In this document: positions 8,587 to 16,007 of the stretch, piece by piece | Layout: the number at the start of each line of letters is the position of its first letter | Numbering within the stretch: position 1 is the stretch's first letter | From: Candidatus Saccharimonadota bacterium | GTDB taxonomy: Bacteria; Patescibacteriota; Saccharimonadia; Saccharimonadales; Saccharimonadaceae | Reading direction: 5' to 3' | Assembly: GCA_049296095.1 (NCBI GenBank) | Contig: JBAQRV010000001.1 | Coordinates: forward strand, 450,001-482,000 | Length of the DNA: 32,000 nt | Notes under the pieces: model-generated | What the model saw: the letters and a program-made list of their open reading frames with translations, nothing else | Told to the model about the DNA's origin: nothing | The model's database searches: none | Translations under genes and position numbers: made by a program

Positions 8587-9156
8587 CTAGTCTTTCTTTC
8601 GTTCGCGGTACTCGCCAGTGCTCGTATCGACAGAGATAACGTCACCTGTTTTGATAAAGGCGGGAACTTTTACTACCATGCCTGTTTCAAGTGTTGCATC
8701 TTTCAGAACACTACTGGTAGTGTCGCCTTTCACAACGTCTTCTGAATACGTTACCTCGAGGTATACATTCTTTGGAAGTTCAACGTTAATCACGCGGTTA
8801 TCAAAAAATTGTAGACTCAGGTTGTCACCTTCTTTGAGGTAGCCCTTAGCTTCTTCGACAACGTCAGCGGGAAGCTGGAATTGCTCGAAACTGTTTGGAT
8901 CCATGAAATGGTAGCTTGCACCGTCGTTGTAGAGGTACTGGACCGCTTGGTTGGTGACTTCAGCTGTTTCAATCTTATCCTGACCCTTAAAGGTCTTTGG
9001 AATCACACTGCCATCGATGACGTTCTTGAGTTTGACGTTGACGATACTGCCACCGCGACCCATAACCTTTTGGTTGTAGTCGATAACCTTAAAAGGCTTG
9101 CCGTCAATCTGGACGACTGTGCCTTTTTTAAGATCAGTTGGTTGGTAAAACCCCAT
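8587..9156 (-). CDS. efp: Translation elongation factor P
   Basis: Collinear by eye with E. coli EF-P across its length: DLKKGTVVQIDGKPFKVIDY, YLYNDGASYHFMDPNSFEQ, VVKVPAFIKTGDVISVDTSTGEYRER. The tip-loop residue 34 is Arg (MGRGGS). AAGGA Shine-Dalgarno upstream. Confidence 0.95.
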   Translation of the reverse strand: MGFYQPTDLKKGTVVQIDGKPFKVIDYNQKVMGRGGSIVNVKLKNVIDGSVIPKTFKGQDKIETAEVTNQAVQYLYNDGASYHFMDPNSFEQFQLPADVVEEAKGYLKEGDNLSLQFFDNRVINVELPKNVYLEVTYSEDVVKGDTTSSVLKDATLETGMVVKVPAFIKTGDVISVDTSTGEYRERKKD

Positions 9157-9162
9157 ACTCTC

Positions 9163-9360
9163 TTATCCTTGTGAGACGAATGGTAGTAATGCAAGGTGAC
9201 GAGCACGCTTGATCGCAACAGCTAGTTGGCGCTGTTGTTTTGCACTCAGGCCAGTCTTGCCGATTGGTTCGATCTGTCCGTAAATATTGATGAATCGCTG
9301 CAGCGTTTTGACGTCTTTATAGTCAAAATAAGCGGGCGTATCTTTTTTCTGTCGTTTCAT
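9163..9360 (-). CDS. rpsR: 30S ribosomal protein S18
   Basis: [50 protein letters not shown]. The ORF starts at 9366 (MIMKRQ), but AGGAG is only 3 nt from that ATG and 9 nt from the ATG at 9360, so 9360 is preferred. Confidence 0.9.
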   Translation of the reverse strand: MKRQKKDTPAYFDYKDVKTLQRFINIYGQIEPIGKTGLSAKQQRQLAVAIKRARHLALLPFVSQG

Positions 9361-9372
9361 TATCATATTCTC

Positions 9373-9819
9373 CTAGAATGGAATTTCACTTAAATCAATT
9401 GGTTTGTCTTCGATGTCTTCAATGACAACATCATCAGATTTTTTGCTAGGGGCAGCAGCGCGAGGAGCGCTTGCTTGACCAGAGTTGCCAGCGCCGTCAC
9501 TCGGACCATCAAGGAAGGTCACATCAGTCGCGGTTACTTCAACGCGTGAGCGCTTTTTGCCAGTCTCTTTGTCGTCCCAGCTATCTTGGCGGAGACGGCC
9601 CTGAACCAGGACGCGGCGACCTTTTCCAAGGTACTGCATCACAAGTTCGCCGAGTTTTTCCCAAGCAGTGATTTCAAAGAAATCAGCAGCATCGTCTTGT
9701 CCACCACGATCAACCGCAATGCTAAAGTTTGCGATTACCTTACCAGTACTGGTAGTGCGCTGTTCTGGGTCGCGGGTGAGGCGCCCCATCAAAATGACTT
9801 GGTTAATACTCTTGGCCAT
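9373..9819 (-). CDS. ssb: Single-stranded DNA-binding protein
   Basis: MAKSINQVILMGRLTRDPEQR (OB fold), a Gly/Pro/Ala-rich linker and an acidic tip DLSEIPF. The start at 9819 follows the rpsF stop (9824) and a GGAGGAG Shine-Dalgarno. The longer ORF to 9885 would overlap rpsF. Confidence 0.95.
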   Translation of the reverse strand: MAKSINQVILMGRLTRDPEQRTTSTGKVIANFSIAVDRGGQDDAADFFEITAWEKLGELVMQYLGKGRRVLVQGRLRQDSWDDKETGKKRSRVEVTATDVTFLDGPSDGAGNSGQASAPRAAAPSKKSDDVVIEDIEDKPIDLSEIPF

Positions 9820-9823
9820 ATCC

Positions 9824-10177
9824 CTACTCCTCTTCTTTACTGTCCTCTGAAGGTTTGACTCGCTTTGCCTCTTCTTCAAGTGCACGGCGAGCTTTTTCGT
9901 CCACGGTTACCAGAAGGTAACGCAAGACTTCGTCAGTAATGTTAAATGTATTGCTAATCTTGAGCGGTGCTTCGCTTGGCAATTCTAGGTCCATGTAGAC
10001 GTAGACAGCGAAATCTTCGCGCTTGATTGGGTATGCAAGCTTTTTCTTGCCCCAGTTGTCTTCACGCACGATGGTACCACCGGCGTTTTTGATGATGTCA
10101 CGGACCTTTGTCAGTGGCGTCTCGAGATCTGCTTCCAGATCAGGGTGAATCAGAACGGTAAGTTCATATTCTTTCAC
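9824..10177 (-). CDS. rpsF: 30S ribosomal protein S6
   Basis: (M)KEYELTVLIHPDLE is a typical S6 N-terminus. GTG at 10177 is preceded by AAAGGAGA with a 5-nt spacer. The annotated ATG at 10231 adds a non-conserved 18 aa and has no Shine-Dalgarno. Confidence 0.9.
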   Translation of the reverse strand: MKEYELTVLIHPDLEADLETPLTKVRDIIKNAGGTIVREDNWGKKKLAYPIKREDFAVYVYMDLELPSEAPLKISNTFNITDEVLRYLLVTVDEKARRALEEEAKRVKPSEDSKEEE

Positions 10178-10193
10178 GTTTTCTCCTTTTGGA

Positions 10194-10210
10194 ATCCGAA
10201 GTGTTCGGAT
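10194..10210 (-). promoter_or_regulatory. Hairpin in the rpsF 5' UTR, immediately upstream of the Shine-Dalgarno (candidate S6:S18 autoregulatory element)
   Basis: Minus-strand RNA reads AUCCGAA-cac-UUCGGAU (7-bp stem, 3-nt loop), 6 nt before AAAGGAGA. Confidence 0.4.
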
Positions 10211-10252
10211 GCTTATACTTATTCCATACAAGCTTGAGTTAGTATCTCTGTT

Positions 10253-10281
10253 ATTATACCCTACCTCCTCTGTTAGCGCAA
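10253..10281 (-). promoter_or_regulatory. Candidate promoter of rpsF-ssb-rpsR(-efp-tlyA)
   Basis: Minus strand: TTGCGC (10281-10276), 17 nt, TATAAT (10258-10253). It lies about 75 nt upstream of the rpsF GTG. Confidence 0.6.
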
Positions 10282-10334
10282 GGCGCGCTCACCTGAAGCT
10301 CAGTATAAACAGGTCCTATTAATTTGAGATTAAC

Positions 10335-12593
10335 TTAACCGAGTTCTTCATCATCAGGATTGCCAGCAGTCCCACTACTAAACACGTCGTCAAAGCTACT
10401 CACAAGGACGTCACGAGGTCGTGCACCGTCGGCAGCGCCGATAATCCCCTGCTCTTCCATTTGTTCAATCAAGCGAGCTGCACGAGCGTAGCCAACGCGC
10501 AGACGACGCTGTAAGAGACTGGCGCTTGCTTTGCCGGCATCAATCACACAGCGGACGGCGTCGCGGTACATATCATCGTCACCGCCGCCGTCAAAGTCCA
10601 TCACGACTCCGCCTTTACCATTCAAGGTTACTGGTTGACTGACCACTTCATCGTTGTACTGTGGAGGCGACTGCATACGGAGGTGATCAGTGATTTTCAC
10701 GACTTCTTCATCGGTCACCCACGCACCCTGGATACGCTTTGGTTTGCTCATGCTTGGTGTCAGGAGTAGCATGTCACCTTGACCCAGGAGCTTTTCAGCA
10801 CCAACCTGGTCAAGAATGGTTCGTGAGTCAATTTGTGAAGCAACGGTAAAGGCAATACGCGCCGGCACGTTAGCCTTAATCAGACCGGTAATAACATCGA
10901 CAGATGGGCGCTGAGTCGCGAGCACCAGGTGCACACCAACAGCACGAGCCTTTTGGGCCAAACGGACAATCAAGGCTTCGACATCGCGAGCTGCTGCCAT
11001 CATCAGGTCGGCCAACTCATCAATCACAATCACGACATACGGCATAGCGCCTTCTTGGTGTTGCTGATCGTGACCCTCTTCGTCTTTAACGACGACCTTT
11101 TTACTGCCTGAGCGGATCATGGCGTTGTAGGTGGCGATGTCACGAACCTTGTGCTCGGCGAGGAGCTTGTAGCGACGCTCCATCTCGTTAACGGCCCATT
11201 TGAGGGCGCTAATCGTCTTTTCAGGCTCGGTGATGACAGGGGTCAAAAGGTGTGGAATATCTTCATACGGCGCCATTTCAACCTGTTTTGGGTCCACCAA
11301 GATCAGTTTCATTTCACTCGGGCTGTTGTGATACAAGAGGCTTGTTAACAGCGTATTAATCATGACCGACTTACCCGACCCAGTCTGACCAGCAATCAAA
11401 AGGTGGGGCATCTTGTTTAGTTCACCTAACGTGGCCTGGCCAGCGATATCCTTACCAATTGCAAACGCCAACGGTTCAGAACTGCCGCTCCACTGTGGAC
11501 TCGTCAAGATTGAGTGCAAGCGAACATCGGCCGCTTTACGGTTCGGTACTTCGATACCAACGGCTTTTTGGCCAGGAATTGGCGCTTCCATACGAAGTGA
11601 TTGCGCCGCAAGGTTGAGGGCGATATTTGTTTCAAGCGCAGTAATACGGCCCAACTTGACGCCACTTGGTGGTCGCAGGGTATATTGAGTGACCTTTGGC
11701 CCAATGTTGGCGCCCTCCATATCGACATCAATACCGAATTCACCAAGGGTATCCTTGATGATCTGGGCATTCTGCTGCACGTCACCAGCATCGGCTGGCG
11801 ACTGTTTCTTTTCAAGCAGATCGACGCTTGGCGCTTTCCAGTTAGGGTCACTGACCGTGACCAGTGCGGCCTGCGCCTCGGCAGCTTTGTCATGTGGTGT
11901 CGCATTCTTGAAGCTTGAGGTACGTGAAGTCTTGTCATTCCCATCCATCGTTGGGACACCGGCATTCAATTTAAAGTCAGCGATAGTAGATTTCGGCGCA
12001 TCTAGAGCAGCGGCGCTACGCATGACGTTCACATTTGCCTCCTGTTCGCTGGTATCGCGACGCGCCAGTTCCCAGATTTTCTTGATAATCGTAAATGGTG
12101 AGACACGGATGATGAATAAGGCCGTAATGATGATCAGCATAATGTAGATGAAGGCCGCGACCCCCCCATTCACAAGCATCAACAGGCCACTATTAGCGAG
12201 GTCACCGATAAAGCCGCCCGTCGTCTTACCATCGGCATTCTTTAGTAGACCAAACAAGCCCGCAAACCACACAAGTGAGACGCCAGTGGCGATCTTCATA
12301 GCCAGTGGAAGGCGGTTCTCTTCGGCGCGGAAGACCTCAACCGCGACATAGATAAATAAGAGAGGTACTACATAGACGGCGTAACCAATGCTGTTGAGAG
12401 CAGCCTGATACAACCAATCAAGAATCGGCCCACCGATGTGGAACCAACCGAGGACAAGTAAAAATGAGAACGCTATTAAAACAAGCGCACCAACCTGTGC
12501 CCAGAACCCTACTGGTAAGTGATGCTGTGCGGCAACCTGTTTTGATGCCTTCTTGTATGTTCGTCTTTTTCTTTTTGCCATAATCTTTATCAT
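10335..12593 (-). CDS. ftsK: DNA translocase FtsK/SpoIIIE
   Basis: N-terminal polytopic membrane domain, a linker, and a motor domain with LLIAGQTGSGKSVMINTLLTSLL (Walker A) and VVIVIDELADLMM (Walker B). C-terminal winged-helix gamma domain (ASASLLQRRLRVGYARAARLIEQMEEQGIIG). An alternative start is at 12581 (MAKRKRR). Confidence 0.95.
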   Translation of the reverse strand: MIKIMAKRKRRTYKKASKQVAAQHHLPVGFWAQVGALVLIAFSFLLVLGWFHIGGPILDWLYQAALNSIGYAVYVVPLLFIYVAVEVFRAEENRLPLAMKIATGVSLVWFAGLFGLLKNADGKTTGGFIGDLANSGLLMLVNGGVAAFIYIMLIIITALFIIRVSPFTIIKKIWELARRDTSEQEANVNVMRSAAALDAPKSTIADFKLNAGVPTMDGNDKTSRTSSFKNATPHDKAAEAQAALVTVSDPNWKAPSVDLLEKKQSPADAGDVQQNAQIIKDTLGEFGIDVDMEGANIGPKVTQYTLRPPSGVKLGRITALETNIALNLAAQSLRMEAPIPGQKAVGIEVPNRKAADVRLHSILTSPQWSGSSEPLAFAIGKDIAGQATLGELNKMPHLLIAGQTGSGKSVMINTLLTSLLYHNSPSEMKLILVDPKQVEMAPYEDIPHLLTPVITEPEKTISALKWAVNEMERRYKLLAEHKVRDIATYNAMIRSGSKKVVVKDEEGHDQQHQEGAMPYVVIVIDELADLMMAAARDVEALIVRLAQKARAVGVHLVLATQRPSVDVITGLIKANVPARIAFTVASQIDSRTILDQVGAEKLLGQGDMLLLTPSMSKPKRIQGAWVTDEEVVKITDHLRMQSPPQYNDEVVSQPVTLNGKGGVVMDFDGGGDDDMYRDAVRCVIDAGKASASLLQRRLRVGYARAARLIEQMEEQGIIGAADGARPRDVLVSSFDDVFSSGTAGNPDDEELG

Positions 12594-12625
12594 TATAATC
12601 TGTTTAGGCGGTATTTGATACCAAT

Positions 12626-12654
12626 ATTATAGCAAAATTTACTACATTTTGCAA
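12626..12654 (-). promoter_or_regulatory. Candidate promoter of ftsK
   Basis: Minus strand: TTGCAA (12654-12649), 17 nt, TATAAT (12631-12626). It lies between the RNase J terminator and the ftsK start. Confidence 0.6.
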
Positions 12655-12683
12655 GCCGCTTATGGTCAGAGGTACATAGATAT

Positions 12684-12706
12684 GAAAAAGTCCGCCGAAG
12701 CGGACT
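12684..12706 (-). terminator. Rho-independent terminator downstream of RNase J
   Basis: Minus-strand RNA: AGUCCGC-UUCG-GCGGACU (7-bp GC-rich stem, UUCG tetraloop) followed by UUUUC. It starts 20 nt after the RNase J stop (12726). Confidence 0.8.
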
Positions 12707-12725
12707 ATTCATTCAGCGGTTGAGA

Positions 12726-14918
12726 CTAATACCCGCGGTTCTCAGTCTCTGGAACCAACTTTGGTTCAACCGTCTCAATATCTGGGACGACTGGTGCTGG
12801 AAACTTTTTTGGAGCCGGGCGCTCAGGAGCTTCTGGGGCTGGTCCTTCAGCCTGGACACCTTGTTGTGGACGGTTATTAAACCGCTGTGGACGCTGGCCC
12901 TGGTGTTCACCGCGCTGGCCACCGTCTTGCTTGCCGCCACCGCCACCACCGATTTCATTGATCACAGGGATCACGATTGGAGTGCGGCGAGTCTGATCAT
13001 ACAGAACGTGAGTAATCTCATCCTTGATTTCCTTCTTCATCACATCGAGGTCGACGCGTCGGCCGTTGAATGAGCGAGCAATTTTTTGCTTCAAGTATTG
13101 ACGGATGATACCCATCAACTCTTCGCTATCACGCAGGTAAATGAAGCCGCGAGAGATGATATCAGGGCTGGTGAGCAATCGCCCACTTCCCTTTGACACC
13201 GTCAGAACGACCACAAACATACCTTCGCTGGCCATGTGGATGCGGTCTTTGAGGACAACTTCGGATACAATCGCACCTGAATCGTCGTACATAATACCGC
13301 CCACAGGAACGCGGCCGGCACGCTTGGCAGCACCGTCGTGTGTAAATTCAATCACATCACCAGCGTCACAGACAAAGATGTTATCGCGGCTAATGCCACA
13401 TTCTTTTTCAGCCAACTCAGCGTTGTGAACCAACATGTGGAATTCACCGTGGATCGGCATGTAGTACTTTGGGTTAATCGCATTGATCAGTTTGACGTGG
13501 TCATCGTAGTAGCCGTGACCTGAAAGGTGAATACGACCAACGCCGTAGAGGTGGGTCTTGCGGTCTTGCACGACATCACTTCCCTCTCGCATCAGACCAT
13601 CAATGGTCCGAACGATATACTTTTCGTTTCCTGGAATACTACTTGAACTAAAGACAATAACGTCTGTGTTTTTCACTTTCAAGAAACGGTGTGAACCGCT
13701 GGCCATTCGGTTAAGAACGGCGTTAAACTCACCCTGTGAACCGGTACAAAGGACGATCACTTTACTATCAGGTAGTTTGACGACATCTTCCATCTTCACA
13801 ATAGTGTCTTTTGGTACCTTGATGGTACCCGTGCGAAGCGCTACTTCGACGTTCTGGATCATGCTGTAGCCAGCAATCGCGACCTTACGGCCGTGTGCGG
13901 CAGCTTCTTCCATGATGATCTGGAGACGGTGCAGCTGAGACGAGAAGGTCGAGATGATGATGCGCTTTTCTGGATTCTTGTCCATAATCTGGCCCATACT
14001 CTCTTTGACATCGAACTCACCATGCTGGTGGGTTCCTTCGTCTTCACAGTTAGTGCTTTCGTTCATCATCAGAAGGAAGCCTTCTTTGGTAGCGATTTCA
14101 GTCAAACGTTCGAGGTCAAACTTTACACCATCAACTGGATTATCTTCAAAACGCCAGTCACCGGTATCAAGCAAGTTTCCTACTGGCGTACGGACAACCA
14201 CTGCCGAAGCGTCGGGAATCGAGTGACAGACACGAACCAATTCGACTTCAAAGCTGTCGCCGAGTTTCACAGTTTCGTGCTTTTCAGGATCGATTTCATT
14301 GTATTCAGGGGTAAAGCCGTCGGTTGACTCTTCCATGGTTCTTTGCACCATGGCAAGCGTAAATTTACTCGCGTAAACAGGTGCTTCAAGCTGCGCCAAT
14401 AGGTGGCGAGCTGCACCAATGTGGTCGAGGTGTCCATGGGTGAAGATAACACCACGAATCTTGTGTTTGTTCTCGAGCAGATACGAGATATCTGGCACGA
14501 TGTAGTTAATGCCTGGGTAATCGGCACCTGGGAACAGGAATCCCATGTCGATGACAATAATGTCATTATCATATTCGATCGCCATCATGTTCTTGCCGAT
14601 ACCCATTTCGCCCAGTCCACCAATAGGAATGACGCGAAGCTTTGGACCAGCCGTTTTTGGCTGCTTCTTTTGTTCAACCAGGCTAAACTGACGTCCGCCA
14701 AGACCGTTAAAGACAGACTTGTTTACAGGGACATTAATGATGTGCTGCGAAGCGCGGAGATTGACATCTTCGCTGGTGCGACGCTGTGCACGGAACACCT
14801 CACCACGACGCGTTTGCGTGTTGGCAAGTACCGTGTTATTTGGTTTTGGACGCGGATTGTTCCGCGGGTTTTTTGATTGGTCATCACCTTTAGGCGATGA
14901 GAGTCTTTGTTGACCCAT
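12726..14918 (-). CDS. rnj: Ribonuclease J (metallo-beta-lactamase / beta-CASP) with N- and C-terminal low-complexity extensions
   Basis: LRVIPIGGLGEMGIGKNMMAIEYDNDIIVIDMG, VIFTHGHLDHIGA (HxHxDH motif), beta-CASP region, YMPIHGEFHML. AAGGAG lies 13 nt upstream of ATG 14918. Confidence 0.9.
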   Translation of the reverse strand: MGQQRLSSPKGDDQSKNPRNNPRPKPNNTVLANTQTRRGEVFRAQRRTSEDVNLRASQHIINVPVNKSVFNGLGGRQFSLVEQKKQPKTAGPKLRVIPIGGLGEMGIGKNMMAIEYDNDIIVIDMGFLFPGADYPGINYIVPDISYLLENKHKIRGVIFTHGHLDHIGAARHLLAQLEAPVYASKFTLAMVQRTMEESTDGFTPEYNEIDPEKHETVKLGDSFEVELVRVCHSIPDASAVVVRTPVGNLLDTGDWRFEDNPVDGVKFDLERLTEIATKEGFLLMMNESTNCEDEGTHQHGEFDVKESMGQIMDKNPEKRIIISTFSSQLHRLQIIMEEAAAHGRKVAIAGYSMIQNVEVALRTGTIKVPKDTIVKMEDVVKLPDSKVIVLCTGSQGEFNAVLNRMASGSHRFLKVKNTDVIVFSSSSIPGNEKYIVRTIDGLMREGSDVVQDRKTHLYGVGRIHLSGHGYYDDHVKLINAINPKYYMPIHGEFHMLVHNAELAEKECGISRDNIFVCDAGDVIEFTHDGAAKRAGRVPVGGIMYDDSGAIVSEVVLKDRIHMASEGMFVVVLTVSKGSGRLLTSPDIISRGFIYLRDSEELMGIIRQYLKQKIARSFNGRRVDLDVMKKEIKDEITHVLYDQTRRTPIVIPVINEIGGGGGGKQDGGQRGEHQGQRPQRFNNRPQQGVQAEGPAPEAPERPAPKKFPAPVVPDIETVEPKLVPETENRGY

Positions 14919-15036
14919 ATAGTTATATTTTCTCCTTAATTTTTGAAAATAATGTTTATAACAAATTCGAGATGGAGAAGATTTATTCGAGAGTTACCGA
15001 GTACCCTCTCCGTTCAAGTGGTCTTAGTGTAGCAGA

Positions 15037-15639
15037 TCACCTCTTATTTGGCAAGGTATCGAGTTGCTCTATGACTTTTGGAACCTTTAGGAAGTCATCA
15101 ATCAAAGTCTGGCGTAAGCTGCCGTTATACAGCGCAGCCGCCGGGTGAAATAAAGGCATAATCACAATTTTATGATCACCAAACTGAATGCGCTTGGCTT
15201 CTCCATGAACTTCCCCTATTTTCATGCCAGGCAAGAAATATTCCATACTGTGACGGCCCAAGGTGATCACAACTTTCGGGTTAATAATCTGTAGTTGTTT
15301 GAGTAAATATGGCCAAAAAGCAGCTTTTTCCTCTGGTGATGGGTCACGGTTATTCGGTGGGCGGTACTTTACGATGTTCGTGATGTACACATCTTTTCGT
15401 TCCATCCCAGCCGCAGCTAACATTTCATTAAGAAATTTTCCAGCCGCACCGACGAACGGAAGACCTTGCAGGTCCTCATTCTTGCCTGGTGCTTCACCAA
15501 TAAAAACGATGTCAGCATCAAGATTGCCATCACCCATCACAAGATTCGTCGCTTGCTCGGCCAAATCTGGACAGATATTCTTACTACGAATATCTGCCGC
15601 GATTTGATCAAGTTGAGATTGCTTGTTTTGTATAGCCAT
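15037..15639 (-). CDS. udg: Uracil-DNA glycosylase, family 4 type
   Basis: VFIGEAPGKNEDLQGLPFVGAAGKFLNEML, YITNIVKYRPPNNRDP and PLFHPAAAL are collinear with Thermus family-4 UDG as I recall it ([50 protein letters not shown]). Confidence 0.85.
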   Translation of the reverse strand: MAIQNKQSQLDQIAADIRSKNICPDLAEQATNLVMGDGNLDADIVFIGEAPGKNEDLQGLPFVGAAGKFLNEMLAAAGMERKDVYITNIVKYRPPNNRDPSPEEKAAFWPYLLKQLQIINPKVVITLGRHSMEYFLPGMKIGEVHGEAKRIQFGDHKIVIMPLFHPAAALYNGSLRQTLIDDFLKVPKVIEQLDTLPNKR

Positions 15640-15645
15640 CTTGTA

Positions 15646-15936
15646 CTAAAAGAAAGAAATGAAGACAAACACACCAAGTGCGATTGCCAGGACAACTGCC
15701 AGAGCGACGAGGATAATCATTCGCTTTTTTGAGCTTCCAGTAGCAGCTGGAGTCGGCGCTGGTGATGATGGAGCAGTTATTGAAGGTGTGGGAGTACCGA
15801 GTGGAGCAACTGGTTGCGCATCAACAGCCGGCATATTTGGCTCAACCACAGGAGTACTCTCAGGTGGAGTCTGTGGAGGTGTCATAGGTGGCGTTGTTGG
15901 ATTCGATTCAGGGGTCTGGTTTGTGTCCGGGTTCAT
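15646..15936 (-). CDS. Pro/Thr-rich protein with a single C-terminal TM helix (tail-anchored topology)
   Basis: AAGGAG lies 7 nt upstream of the ATG. About 70 aa of P/T/A-rich sequence, then SSKKRMIILVALAVVLAIALGVFVFISFF at the very C-terminus. No recognisable family. Confidence 0.5.
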   Translation of the reverse strand: MNPDTNQTPESNPTTPPMTPPQTPPESTPVVEPNMPAVDAQPVAPLGTPTPSITAPSSPAPTPAATGSSKKRMIILVALAVVLAIALGVFVFISFF

Positions 15937-15952
15937 AAGTTTTCTCCTTACT

Positions 15953-15981
15953 ATTCTATATACGTACAGTATACAGGTCAG
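15953..15981 (-). promoter_or_regulatory. Possible promoter for the Pro-rich gene and udg
   Basis: Minus strand: CTGACC (15981-15976), 17 nt, TAGAAT (15958-15953). It lies just downstream of the pnp stop. Confidence 0.35.
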
Positions 15982-16007
15982 TGAGGAGCCTGGCCATACT
16001 GCTTGTG

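Noticed and set aside
10282-10300. GC-rich hairpin AGCGC-gcctt-GCGCT downstream of ftsK as an intrinsic terminator
   Set aside because: The stem is only 5 bp, has no following U-tract, and overlaps the predicted rpsF -35. The evidence is insufficient.
10929-14876. Long alternative-frame and antisense ORFs inside ftsK and RNase J (for example 11504..11965, 11689..12147, 13893..14327, 14403..14876)
   Set aside because: They are fully embedded in genes with strong family motifs. Their translations are Ser/Arg/Leu-rich with no Shine-Dalgarno or promoter context, so they are shadow ORFs in moderately GC-rich coding sequence.
14919-15036. 118-nt udg/RNase J intergenic region as a possible small RNA or tRNA-like element (hairpin GAGAG..CTCTC at about 14990-15011)
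   Set aside because: There is no cloverleaf, and no conserved RNA motif I recognise. The hairpin is short and irregular with no U-tract. The region is more simply the RNase J promoter and leader.
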